DNA of 64,000 bases from Centroscyllium fabricii (taxonomy: Eukaryota). The translations under genes were made by a program, and so were the position numbers. The notes below the pieces were generated by a model. It saw only the letters and a program-made list of their open reading frames with translations, had not been told where the DNA came from and searched no databases. Where the stretch lies: assembly GCA_051313645.2 (NCBI GenBank), contig JBNRSN020000014.1:145390001-145454000 (forward strand), written 5' to 3'. This document shows positions 47,601 through 59,600 of this stretch, piece by piece (position 1 is the stretch's first letter; every line of letters starts with the position of its first letter).

Positions 47601-50600
47601 AAGCAGAATTTACAGGAATGTAACTGTCGGCAGAGCTGATCTTACCAAGGGTTTTACTGTACATGTGTGAGATTGTTTGAAATGGTGCCCAAGGCTGATT
47701 TGTGAGTGTAAGCTGTGGAATTGAACCTGAATGGCTAGGTGTGGCTGTAGGTGTGGCTGTGTGGGAGCTTCGACGAACTTTGCTACATTCCATCGCCCAT
47801 GCTCGGACTGTCAGCATAGCTAAAGGTTTTAATTAAATTACTGTAAAATGGAGGAAGAGGAGAAACTGACCCCAAGTCACGTCCCCTAACTAAAAATAAG
47901 TCTCTTGGCAGCTGTTTTATATTTCGTGCAAGTTTACATTTTGCTTCCCATTTAATTCAAAATAATTTTATGATTTTTTTTAATTTAAATTTTATATGAA
48001 CTGGGTTTTTATACTTGTTACACTGAGGCTGCAGCATTGATCCAGAAGTGAGTGATCTTCATTCAGTCATTGACCCAGCTTTCAGCGTTGCCTCTCTGTC
48101 TTTTTGCTGAAACAAGTGCGAGATTACAGAAGCATGGACATCGTTCTGATTGGCCAACAGCCCCCCCCCAAATAATCCACTTCAGTAAAAATTCTTCCTT
48201 GCTAATTTTTTTTTGCAAAAGAGCATTTCTGCTTCAATCTTCTCTTTTTGCAGGATTTTCCACATCCGTAACTAATACAATTTTCATTTTGGTCTTAAGA
48301 ATTGCAAATAGTAAAATCAACCTCAGCCGCCTTTATTGAGGTTGTGACATGGAACTGAGGATTTCAGTGGGGTCCCTAGAACATTAAATTGAACTGCGTG
48401 TAATGCCTTCAACCATCTAAAAGTATTATAATTGGCTGCAGGTAGCAGGCTTGAGGAACTCCCCCCGCCCCCCCCCCCCCCAGATCATCAGCAAACTGGA
48501 TGGAAGGTGGTATATATATAAAAGTAGACTTACTGATCGTATAATAGCAATAGGGACAGGACTTCCTGCTACTCTTTACAGGATGTGCACTGGAGTGTAT
48601 AGTAAATTCTGGGTAACAACCTTTTTTGTAACACACGCCTATCAAACAGACGGCCAATCTGGCTGAAGCTAATGCCTCAGAGGAAGATAAAATTAAGGCA
48701 ATGATGACTCAGTCTGGTCAAGAATATGATCCAGTCAAGTAAGTTGGAAAGAAGAAGCAATTTCAAATTTTTATTGGTTGATACCTCACAGAGAGCAATT
48801 GACAGTATGTATTAATGGTATTTTTTTAAATTTTCTTTCGTAGTTACATGAAGAAACCTTTGGGTCCTCCTCCTCCAACATATACTTGTTTTCGTTGTGG
48901 AAAACCTGGCCATTACATTAAAAACTGCCCAACAAATGGGGTGGGTAAACATGGTTCAACCTTATTATGTAGTAACAATACTGTGTGTTGCTCTTGAAGT
49001 GTGATCCTGAAACTACCTGCCTTCTCTGGCCAGTGTGCAGCAATGGTCAAACTGGAGGAACAAGTTGGTCCAGTCGGGAATGCTTCAGAAATGTATTAAA
49101 ACATTTTGCTAGTGGTGGAACAAAATTGCTGCAGGTTGTACATTTATTGTATTTGATCTAGCATGGAGCCTTTGATCCTTCTCTTTGAGGTATCCACTTG
49201 AAGCACTGGTCATCTGCTGGACATGTGGCCAAATCTAACCATGTTAGGCAACTTCATTTGCTCATGCATTATTCGCTGCCGAGATGGATGGATTTCCTTT
49301 TAACCCTTTTGGTAGAGTTGGAGCGTAGCAAGTTCTAAAATTAAGGCAATTCAAATTGTGTTTTGTCCTGGCATTGGAGTGAGCCTCGGGCTTGCCAGGC
49401 AAAGTGAAACCGGGTTCCTTACAGATGTTGAGAGCCGGAAATTGATCCAACGCTTGGCTTTAATGCACGCTCACTGCTCCACGATACAGCTGCAAAACTG
49501 GGTCTTCGTAATTATAGACAAGCTTCGAAGTCAAGGTGGTGGCTGTGAGATGTATGCCAGTTCAGCATTAAACGCTCGGACTGCAGATTCCTAATGTATG
49601 GGCGCTGCTGTATTGCATACAGTTTAAAAATAAATACAGGTACTTTGTTTTGTTTTTGCAAAAATTCAGGACAAAAGTTTTGAAGCTGTGCCAAGGATTA
49701 AGAAGAGCACGGGGATTCCCCGCAGTTTTATGGTAGAGGTTGATGACCCAAGCATTAGGGGTGCGATGCTCACCAACACTGGGAAATACGCCATTCCCAC
49801 AATTGATGCGTAAGTACTTTAACTTCTGTTAACTACAATACTGGGCTGCTAGTCTGCTGGATAGTCAGTCTTAGTTAAAAATCCCTAATACATATGTAGG
49901 ACTCACGTGATGCAAGGGGTTTAAGCTCCACAACTGTGCAATTCTCCCATTAACATTTTCCATCCTCCTTTCCTTAATTGTTTTCCCAGGCAGTCATTCT
50001 CCATGTTAACCAACCTCCGCATGAAATAATTAAATCTAAAATCTCTGTGAAATTCTTATGGGAATAAAATTGAATTGTAATATGTTTGGATTGTCACACG
50101 TTCTAAGCTTGAGAACTTGCGGTAATCTCAAATATATTGGAGTTCAATTTATCTATTTCCTTTATAAACTTAAATACTGGAGAAAGCTCGGAGGAGCTAG
50201 TGTTTTTCTCTGAAGAATGCAATCCCAGGCTGTTCACCCTATCGTCCTAGTTCAAAAGCCTTAAACTGGGCATCGGTTTGGTTGACTTTTTCTGAGCTAC
50301 TCCAGTGAAGAGGGAAAAGACAGGTTACCATTTTGGATGAAGGGTCTGTACCCAAAACATTAGGCTGTCTTCACTGGCATGCCGGCTCTGTATTCTCAGC
50401 ATTTCTGTCTCTTTTTAGATTTTCAGCATTAGTCTTTTTTTTGGTCTCTGCTGCAGCTTCAGTATCTAACTATTAAATGTTTTGTATTCTAGAGAAGCAT
50501 ATGCACAGGGCAAGAAGGAAAAGCCACCATTCTTGCCAGAGGAGCCCTCCTCATCGTCTGAAGAGGAAGATCCAATCCCTGATGAACTGTTGTGCCTTAT

Positions 50601-53600
50601 CTGCAAGGATCTTATGATGGATGCTGTTGTCATACCATGCTGTGGAAACAGTTACTGTGATGATTGTAAGTGACCTGGGGAATGCATTGCCATTCAAACA
50701 AAGCCTGAAGCAGTCAGCCACTGTGCGATTGCTCTATTCACCCACCAATGTATCGTGTGTATAGAAACATAGAAGATAGGAGCAAGAGTAGGCCATTCGA
50801 CCCCTCGAGCCTGCTCCGCCATTTAATGAGATCATGGCTGATCATCCAAATTCAGTACCCTGTCCCTGCCTTCTCCCCATATCCCTTGATTCCTTTAGCC
50901 TTAAGAAATATATCTAACTCCATCTTGAATATATTTAATGAATTGTCCTCCACCGCCCTCTGTGGTAGAGAATTCCACAGGTTCACCACTCTCTGGGTGA
51001 AGAAATTCCTCCTCATCTCTGTCCTAAATGGCTTAACCATTATCCTTAGACTGTGACCCCTGGTTCTGGACTCCCCTGCCATCGGGAACATCCTTCCCGT
51101 GTCTAGTCCTGTTACAAATTTATAAGTTTCAATGAGAACCCCTCTCATTCTTCTAAATTCTAATGCGTATAAGCCCAATCAACCCAATCTCTCCTCATAC
51201 GTCATTCCAGCCATCCCAGGTATCAGTCTGGTGAATCTTTGCTGCACTCCCTCCATGGCAAGAACATCCTTCCTTAGATAAGGTGACCAAATCTGCACAC
51301 AATACTCAAGGTGTGATCTCACCAAGGCCCTGTACAACTGCAGCAAGACATCCTTGCTCCTGTACTCTAATCATAGAATCCCTACAGTGCAGATAGAGGC
51401 CATTTCGGCCCATCGAGCCTGCACCGACACATATCCCACCCTATCCCCGTAACCCCACATATTCACTCCCCCTAACACTAAGGGTCAATTTATCCTGGCC
51501 AATCAACCTAACATCTTTGGACTGTGGGAGGAAACCGAAGCACCCGGAGGAAACCCACGCAGACACGGGGAGACTGTGCAAACTTCACACAGATAGTCAC
51601 CCGAGGCCGGATTTGAACCCGGGCCCCTGGCACTGTGAGGCAACAGTGCTAACCACTCTGCCACCGTGCCGCCCAGAAGGCCAACTCTCGCTGTGAAGGC
51701 CAACATACCATTTGCCGCCTTAACCGCCTGCTGCACCTGCATGCTTACCTTCAGCGACTGATGCACGAGGACACCCAGGTCTCGTTGCACTTCCCCTTCT
51801 CCCAATCTATTGCCGTTCAGATAATCTGCCTTCCTGTTTTTGCCACCAAAGTGGATAACCTCACATTTATCCACATTATACTGCATCTGCCCAATCTCCC
51901 AACCTGTCCAAATCAAACTGGAGTTTCTCTGCATCCTCCTCACAGCACACACGCCCACCCAGCTTTGTGTTGTCTGCAAACTTGCAGATATTATATCTGT
52001 GCAATGATCTGAGTGCAAGTAATTTTGTGTATTTAGTCTTAACTGTACTTTGTTGCTTTCCCTCCTATTGCTGTGTGCAGGTGTCAGAACATCACTACTG
52101 GAGTCGGAGGAACACACCTGCCCAACCTGCCACCAAACGGATGTTTCTCCTGATGCTCTGATTGCGAACAAATTTTTAAGACAGGTATTGCAACTAACAT
52201 ATAATTCAAGAGTTTTGATGATCTGCATAGCATTTCAATTCAAAATCTAATAGCCTCTATCTTTAAACTTGCATGTATATGAAATAAAATGGATCTGTCT
52301 GGTGGTGACATTGTCATTCTAAATCTAATTTACTGACAACATATCCCTGTACAATTCTGATTTGGCAGCAATAAGTTGCAGTTCAGTTTATAGCAGATCT
52401 GTCTGTGGTATGAAATACACTCTTAAACTGTTCTAAAAATTTGAGTGGAAATGGAAGTGTAATTTATTTGAGGTGTGTGTTGGGAACAGGATAGAATGGG
52501 GTGGAATTTCAGAACTTAATTCTCAGCCGTAGAATTCTTTTATTTGCAGGCTGTGAACAACTTCAAAAATGAAACTGGTTACACAAAAAGAACTCGCAAG
52601 CAACAGCAGACCCAGCAGCAGCGTCAAGCTCCGTCCCATCAAATGCTCAGTCAGCAATCCGGTCTGAGGTCATTACCTCAGCTCAACCCTCCGCCCGTTA
52701 CCCCTGTAAGCAGAACAGCCATCTCCAAGCCACCAGAAATGCCAGTCACCACTACGACTCAGGCTGGCCACACTTCCGCCCCAGCGCCTCTTCCAAGTGC
52801 AGCTTCTGCCCCAGTACGTGCTCCTTCTCCGGTGAAAATTAGTCGAGCCTCCATTGCCAACGTCCCTGCTCCGGATGTGTCAACAGCATCAGTTCATGTT
52901 CATCAGCTACCTCCAAAATACGAGGAAGGCGATAATCTGTAAGTTTCATTCTCATTGGAACCTTTTAAGGACTGCAGTAACATCTTGCTGTCCGCTTCAC
53001 AAGAAAATTATTTTAGTACAGGTGCACAATCCCTTATCCGCAACTCCAAAAACCGAAAAGCTCCAAAAACCAAAGTTTTTCTTGAATCATTTTTTTCTTA
53101 AATAAATTGAAGCTGTTGATGCCGTGCTGAGGGGAAAAAACGGCCGATCTCCCGTTACCCGACTGCGAGCTGGGCCGCAAACACGGAAATGCGCATGCGC
53201 ACTGGGGTCAACTCTTTAAAACCGTATTTATCCGAAAACCGAGACTCGCCCGGTCCCGAGGTTTTCGGATAAGGGGTTGTGTACCTGTACTTGGATATGT
53301 ACCTGAAGTGCCGTAACCTATAGGGCTACAGACCAAGAGCTGGAAAGTGGGATTGGGCTGGTTAGCTCTTCTTCAACCAGCACAGACCTGCTGAGCTGAA
53401 TGGCCGCCTCCTGTGCTGTAAATTTCTATGAATAGCTCACACAGAATCGCTGGGATTTCTGCACAAGAGGCCACTCAGGCCAGTTTTTGTGCCACTGCTA
53501 CACATGAAATGCACATGTTCTGTACATTTCTACCATTAAAATCAATATTTCATCAATTTCTTTCTCCGCTAATCTAGGCTTCTTGATTAGATTCCAGTGT

Positions 53601-56600
53601 GTAACTAATTCGTGGATATGTTACGTTGTACTGTATATAAACTATCAGCCAATAATAAGCCACTCAGCCAATCTCGCATATCCTTCCATAGAAGCTGCTC
53701 CCATCACAGTATCCTGCTGCTTTCCAAAGTCTTTGCCTTCACAATGCTATCCAGAACCCCACTCTGGATATTAATTACTCCTTAAATGAAGTGCTTTGTG
53801 ATAGTGCTCCATGATTGGATTCCTGGGTATCTGTTGCAAATCCCTTGATTGGATTCCAGCCTGCAACTGTGACTCTTCGCATCTAATTCTTCTGATATTA
53901 GACACGCTGGATTAATTAAAACAATAAAACTTCTTAAAAGTCATTAGCATGGTCAGAACTTTCCAATCGTGCTTGTGTGATTGCTAAATCCTCCTTTCCC
54001 CCCCCCATCCAAAAAAATCTGTTAACCGGCTTGGAAATCTGTCTTTTTAAGTCTGCACTTACCTTTTTTTGCTCTGATGATTCAGTTGCCTGCGTCTTCA
54101 AATGATTTCCATGACCATGCCTTTCAGGTGGGAGGGAGACATGCATTGTCGAAGGCAGTGAAAGGTGACTCTGATTTTTAAACCTGAAAAGGGCATATCC
54201 CAGTTTATTATTCTGAGTCTGGACTGCTGTGTGTCCCAACCCCTTCCCTCTGCTCCATTGATGGCACAACCCTCCACTATTGTCATGCTAAACTCTGCAG
54301 TTTCCTTCGAATGCTGCTACCTTCCCCTGGTAAACCATCCCCCCCATCAGTATCCAAAGTGGTATATCTGTTGGGAGAGTGGGATGGCCACAGGGGACCC
54401 CTGCACTACCTGCCTGCGCCTACTACTCTGCCTGTTGGTCACCAATTCCGGAATCTGTATGGGTAGAACTGAGAAATACCAAGAGGCAGAAAACGTTAGT
54501 GGGAGTTGTATACAGACCTCCAAACGGTCATGCGGAGGTCGGGGATGGCATTAAATGAGAAATTAGAGACGTGTGCAATAAGGGCACAGCAGGTATCATG
54601 GGTGACTTTAATCTACATATAGATTGGGCTAACCAAATTAGTAACAACACTGTGGAGGAGGAATTCCTGGAGTGTATACGGGATGGTTTCCTGATCCAAT
54701 ATGTCGAGGAACCAACCAGAGATCAGGCCTTCGTAGAGTGGGTATTATGTAATGAGAAAGGATTCATTAGCAATCTTGTGCGAGACCCCTTGGGTCGGAG
54801 CGATCATAATATGATAGAATTCTACATTAAGATGGAGAGTGAAGTAGAGACTGGGGTCCTGAATTTAAATAGAGGAAACTATGATGGTATGAGGCACGAG
54901 TTGGGTAGGATTGATTGGGGAATGTCACTCAAAGGGTTGACGGGGGATGGGCAATGACAAACATTCAAATATCGTATGGATGAACTACAAAATTTGTTCA
55001 TCCCAGTTTGGCATAAAAATAAAAAGGTGACTTAACTGTGGCTAACGAGGGAAATTAGGGATAGCATAAGATCCAAGGAGAGGACATATAAATTGGCCAG
55101 AAAAAGCAGTAAACCTGAGGATTGGGAGCAGTTTAGGATTCAACAAAGGAGGACAAAGGGATTAATTAAGAGGGGGTGGAAATAGAGTATGAGAGTAAGC
55201 TTGCAGGGAGCATAAAAACTGACTACAAGCTTTTATAGATATGTGAAGAGAAAAAGATTGGTGAAGTCAAGCGTTGGTCCCTTGCAGTCAGAATCAGGGA
55301 AATTTATAATGGGGAACAAAGAAATGGCAGACCAATTAAATATATACTTTGGTTCTATCTTCACAAAGGAGGACACAAATAAACCTCCCAGAGATATCGG
55401 GGAACATAGGGTCTAATGAAAGGGAGGAACTGATAAAAATCAGTATTTACAGGGAAATGGTGTTGGAGAAATTGATGGGATTAAAGGCCGATAAATCGCC
55501 AGAGCCTGATAATCTACATCCTAGGGTACTTAAGGAAGTGGCCCTCGAAATAGTAGATGCATTGCTGATCATCTTCCAAAATTCTATAGACTCTGGGACA
55601 GTACCCATGGATTGGAGGGTAGCTAATGTAACCCCACTGTTCAAAAAAGGTGGTCGAGAGAAAACGGGAATTATAGACCGGTAAGCCTGACATCGGTAGT
55701 GGGGAAAATGCTAGAGTCCATTATAAAGGATGTAATAGCAGAGCACTTGGAAAACAGTGACAGGATCAGACAAAGTCAACATGGATTTACAAAAGGTGAA
55801 TCGTGCTTGACTAATCTACTGTAATTTTTTGAGGATGAAACTGGTAAAATAGATAAGAGAACCAGTGGATGTGGTGTATTTGGACTTTCAAAAGGCTTTC
55901 GATAAGGTCCCGCATAAGAGATTGGCGTGTAAGGATATGGCACATGGGATTGGGGGCAAGGTATTGACTTGGATAGAGAACTGGTTGTCAGACAGAAAGC
56001 AAAGAGTTGGAATAAACGGCTCTTTCCGAGTGGCAGGCAGTAACTAGTGGGGTACCGCTGGGATCGGTCCTTGGACCCCAGCTATTCACAATATACATTA
56101 ATGATCTGGACGAGGAAACTAGATGTAATATCTCCAAGTTTGCAGCCGAGACAAAGCTGGGTGGGCATGTGTGTTGCGAGGAGGATGTCGAGAAACTCCA
56201 GTATGATTTGGACAAATTCAATTCAATTTTATTTGTCACGTACTAAATAAGATAAGATTCAATTTATTGTCATTGTAAAGTGAACATTCACAAAACAACT
56301 AAATGCAAACATGCAATCTCCCAAATTATTAAAATGTCCTTTAGTCCCAGTCTGATCCATTCCATCCCACCAGGACCACCCGGCGCTGCAGCCACGATGC
56401 GCCCGGTGCCTGGCCACGCAGGCCCTGGCGCGACGGCCTCGCAGCTCCCGGCCCTCGACAGCCTTGCAGCTCCCGGGCATCGCAGCTCTCAGCGGCCGAC
56501 GGCCTCGCAGCTCCCGGGCCTCGCAGCTCTCGGCGCCCGACGGCCCCACAGCTCCCGGGCCTCGCAGCTCCCGGCCCCCGACGGCCCCACAGCTCCCGGG

Positions 56601-59600
56601 CCTCGCAGTTTCCGGCGCCCGACGGCCCCACAGCTCCCGGGCCTCGCAGCTGACGGCCCCACAGCTCCCGGGCCTCGCAGCTCTCAGCGCCCGACGGCCC
56701 CACAGCTCCCGGCCCTCGACGGCCTCGCAGCTCTCAGCACCCCGGCGCTCCGACGACCACGACGGCTTGGTGCGTCAACACCGGTGCCCCGATTGAGGAG
56801 CACCAGTGCTCTACTCCACCGACCCCGCCGTCCTCTCCAGGAACAGTGCGGGAACCAGGGACACTACCAATTCGGGAGACGCAAAGCCGCTGCGTCTATG
56901 CGCGCCACCATCTTGCTCACGATATGCCTCATCTGTGTACAACAAGTGTAATCTAGACAGTGAAATGCTTTTTTCACGGCTCGAACGCACCGCGCAACAA
57001 AGAACACTAAGCTGCCCGACACGCCCGGAGCCCGTGAGACGGCAGCTGTCACACCAGCGCCATCAATCACAAGTCCCGTTTCCGCGCTGCTCAGGCCACT
57101 CCGGCACGCAAAGTTCTTGAGGTCCTTTCTGTTGTTTCTTTCGCCGACCTCCTTCTGTTCTTTCACTCGCTCCTCTTCAACCTCTCGATAGAACTGGGCT
57201 CTGGGGGCCGCATTCGAAGGCCCTGGGCCTGCCCCTTGGTCCGGCGCCATGCCGGCTCCTTCCGAATCCGCCAAGCTCCGAAGCGCCTGGAGGCCTGTGA
57301 CCTGCCTCTCGGGCTCCCCCCAAACCTTCTCGGAACCTGGGCTCCGGGGGCGCGTTCGAAGGCCCTGGTCCCTTGCTTCGCCTCGCGGCTCCAGCCGAGT
57401 CCACCGAGCTCCGGGAGCAACGCTCGGCCCGGCGCCTGCCCGAGTCCTCCGGGCTCCCCGCTTCCCTGTTCGCTCCCGACTGCCTTCCCTCATCCGACCG
57501 TCCACGCCGGGCTCCTCCCAGCGTTCCTCATGGACGGATGGCGGCCGATTTAACTTCGCTTCGTTGGGGCCGATGCGGCCGGAACTGGATGGGTGATTGG
57601 GCAGATGCAATATAACGTGGATAAATGCGAGGTTATCCATTTTGGTGTCAAAAACAAGAAGGCAGATTATTATCTGAATGTCAATAGATTGGGAGAAGGG
57701 TAAGTGTAACGAGACCTGGGCGTCCTTGTGCACCAGTCGCTGAAGGTAAGCATGCAGGTGCAGCAGGCGGTGAAGAAGGCAAATGGTATGTTGGCCTTCA
57801 TAGCAAACGGGTTTGAGTACAGGAACAAGGATGTCTTGCTGCAGTTGCACAGGGCCTTGGTGAGACCACACCTTGAGTATTGTGTGCAGTTTTAGTCGCC
57901 TTATCTGAGGAAGGATGTTGTTGCCATGGAGGGAGTGCAGCAAAGATTCCCCAGGCTGATGCCTGCGATGGCAGGAATGACGTATGAGGAGAGATTGGGC
58001 CGATTCGGCCTATATTCGCTGGAGTTTAGAAGAATGAGAGGGGATCTCATTGAAACTTATAAAATTCTAACAGGACTGGACAGACTAGATGCAGGAAGGA
58101 TGTTCCCGATGGTCGGGGAGTCCAGAACCAGGGGTCACAGTCTAAGGATAAGGGGTAAGCCATTTAGGACTGAGATGAGGAGGAATTTCTTCACCCAGAG
58201 AGTGGTGAACCTGTGGAATTCTCACGCAGATCGCCGTAGAGGCCCATTCATTAAATATATTCCAGACAGAGTTGGATATATTCCTTAAGGCTAAAGGGAT
58301 ATGGGGAGAAGGCAGGGACAGGGTACTGAATTTGGATGATCAGCCATGATCGCATTGAATGGCGAAGCAGACTCGAGGGGCCGAATGGCCTACTCCTGCT
58401 CCTATCTTCTATGTCATCTCCCTTAATTGTCATTTAATTCCCACTTGTAAAGCTTTACTTTTAAAGACAGTATATCAGTGTAAGCTGTTTGTTCTGTGCA
58501 GCTGTTATATGATGGGTTACAATATTAACATTAGACCAAGACTATAGTGGGAGTCAGCTGAAGAGCCTGGACTTCAGTCAATGTCTGCGGCACATTAGTT
58601 TGTTGTTGAGGGTTAATATTCGACTTTTATTGTGGGAGAGTATTTTGCAGTGATTGAGCTGAGAGTGTGGTAAATGGTGTATAATCAAAACAGAGCATCG
58701 TTTAAATGGATGTTGTTCACACTATCCCACAATCACTAAACAGCAAATGAGTCTTGAAGTTATAAATATCGACTGTGTGTAAAAGCAGAATGTTTTATTC
58801 TTGTTTCCCTTAGTGAACTCAGCAAAGCGGTTGCAGTCACTGTCACGACTGGAATGACCACTGGCCATCCACCTATGTCCACGAGTAGTACCTGTGCACT
58901 GAAGGTATGTCATTGATCATGTGTCTCTGTTGTACAGTTAAATGTTGTTGTCTTGCGTGATGCAGTGACACAGAGGGTAATTTACACCCACCTTTTAAAG
59001 AGCATCCTCATCCCCCAACATTACATAGCAGGCCTCATGAGCAGACTGTATCAGTGGGCCCTGCAGCTAGCACAGACCAACCCTACTAGAAGAGGCAGCT
59101 CTCCCAATTCTCTTCCGAGGATTGTATGCAACAACCGGGACCAGGAGTGAGAAAACAAAAGATACCTAGAATGATAACGGAAGAGGCCAGGAAGGAATAC
59201 AATTACAGAGGGACCAAAATGGAAAGAGTGATATAGTTCACCAAAGTCAGGTTTGTCAAATGGGACCCAGCATGAAATTAACAGCAAGTTGCGTGTAGCA
59301 TGAAGTTGAAATCCAGCTGCTTCAGCCTGAACCGTAAAATTATGAGTGTTTCGGTGGCTAAAAGGTCACTGACTTCATTCAGCATGCGCAAGAATGACAG
59401 GGTGGTTAACCAGAAGCAATGCGTGGATCTAGATTGGTGGTTGGAGCTGGAGAAGTGTACTTTGAATGTGAGGTTTCCTTGCTGTCCAGCTCACTGATGC
59501 TATCCTGTTGGTCAAGAGGTGAAAGTTTTTGTGGATTGGTGAAAAGCTGTCATTTCTGGCCTCACAATTACACAATGGGAATGAATGGGGAGCAGTTTGC

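Noticed and set aside
56280-57943. Long ORFs of 223 aa (+) and 359 aa (-)
   Set aside because: They arise from a GC-rich minisatellite and antisense CR1 sequence; low-complexity translation with no domain motifs.
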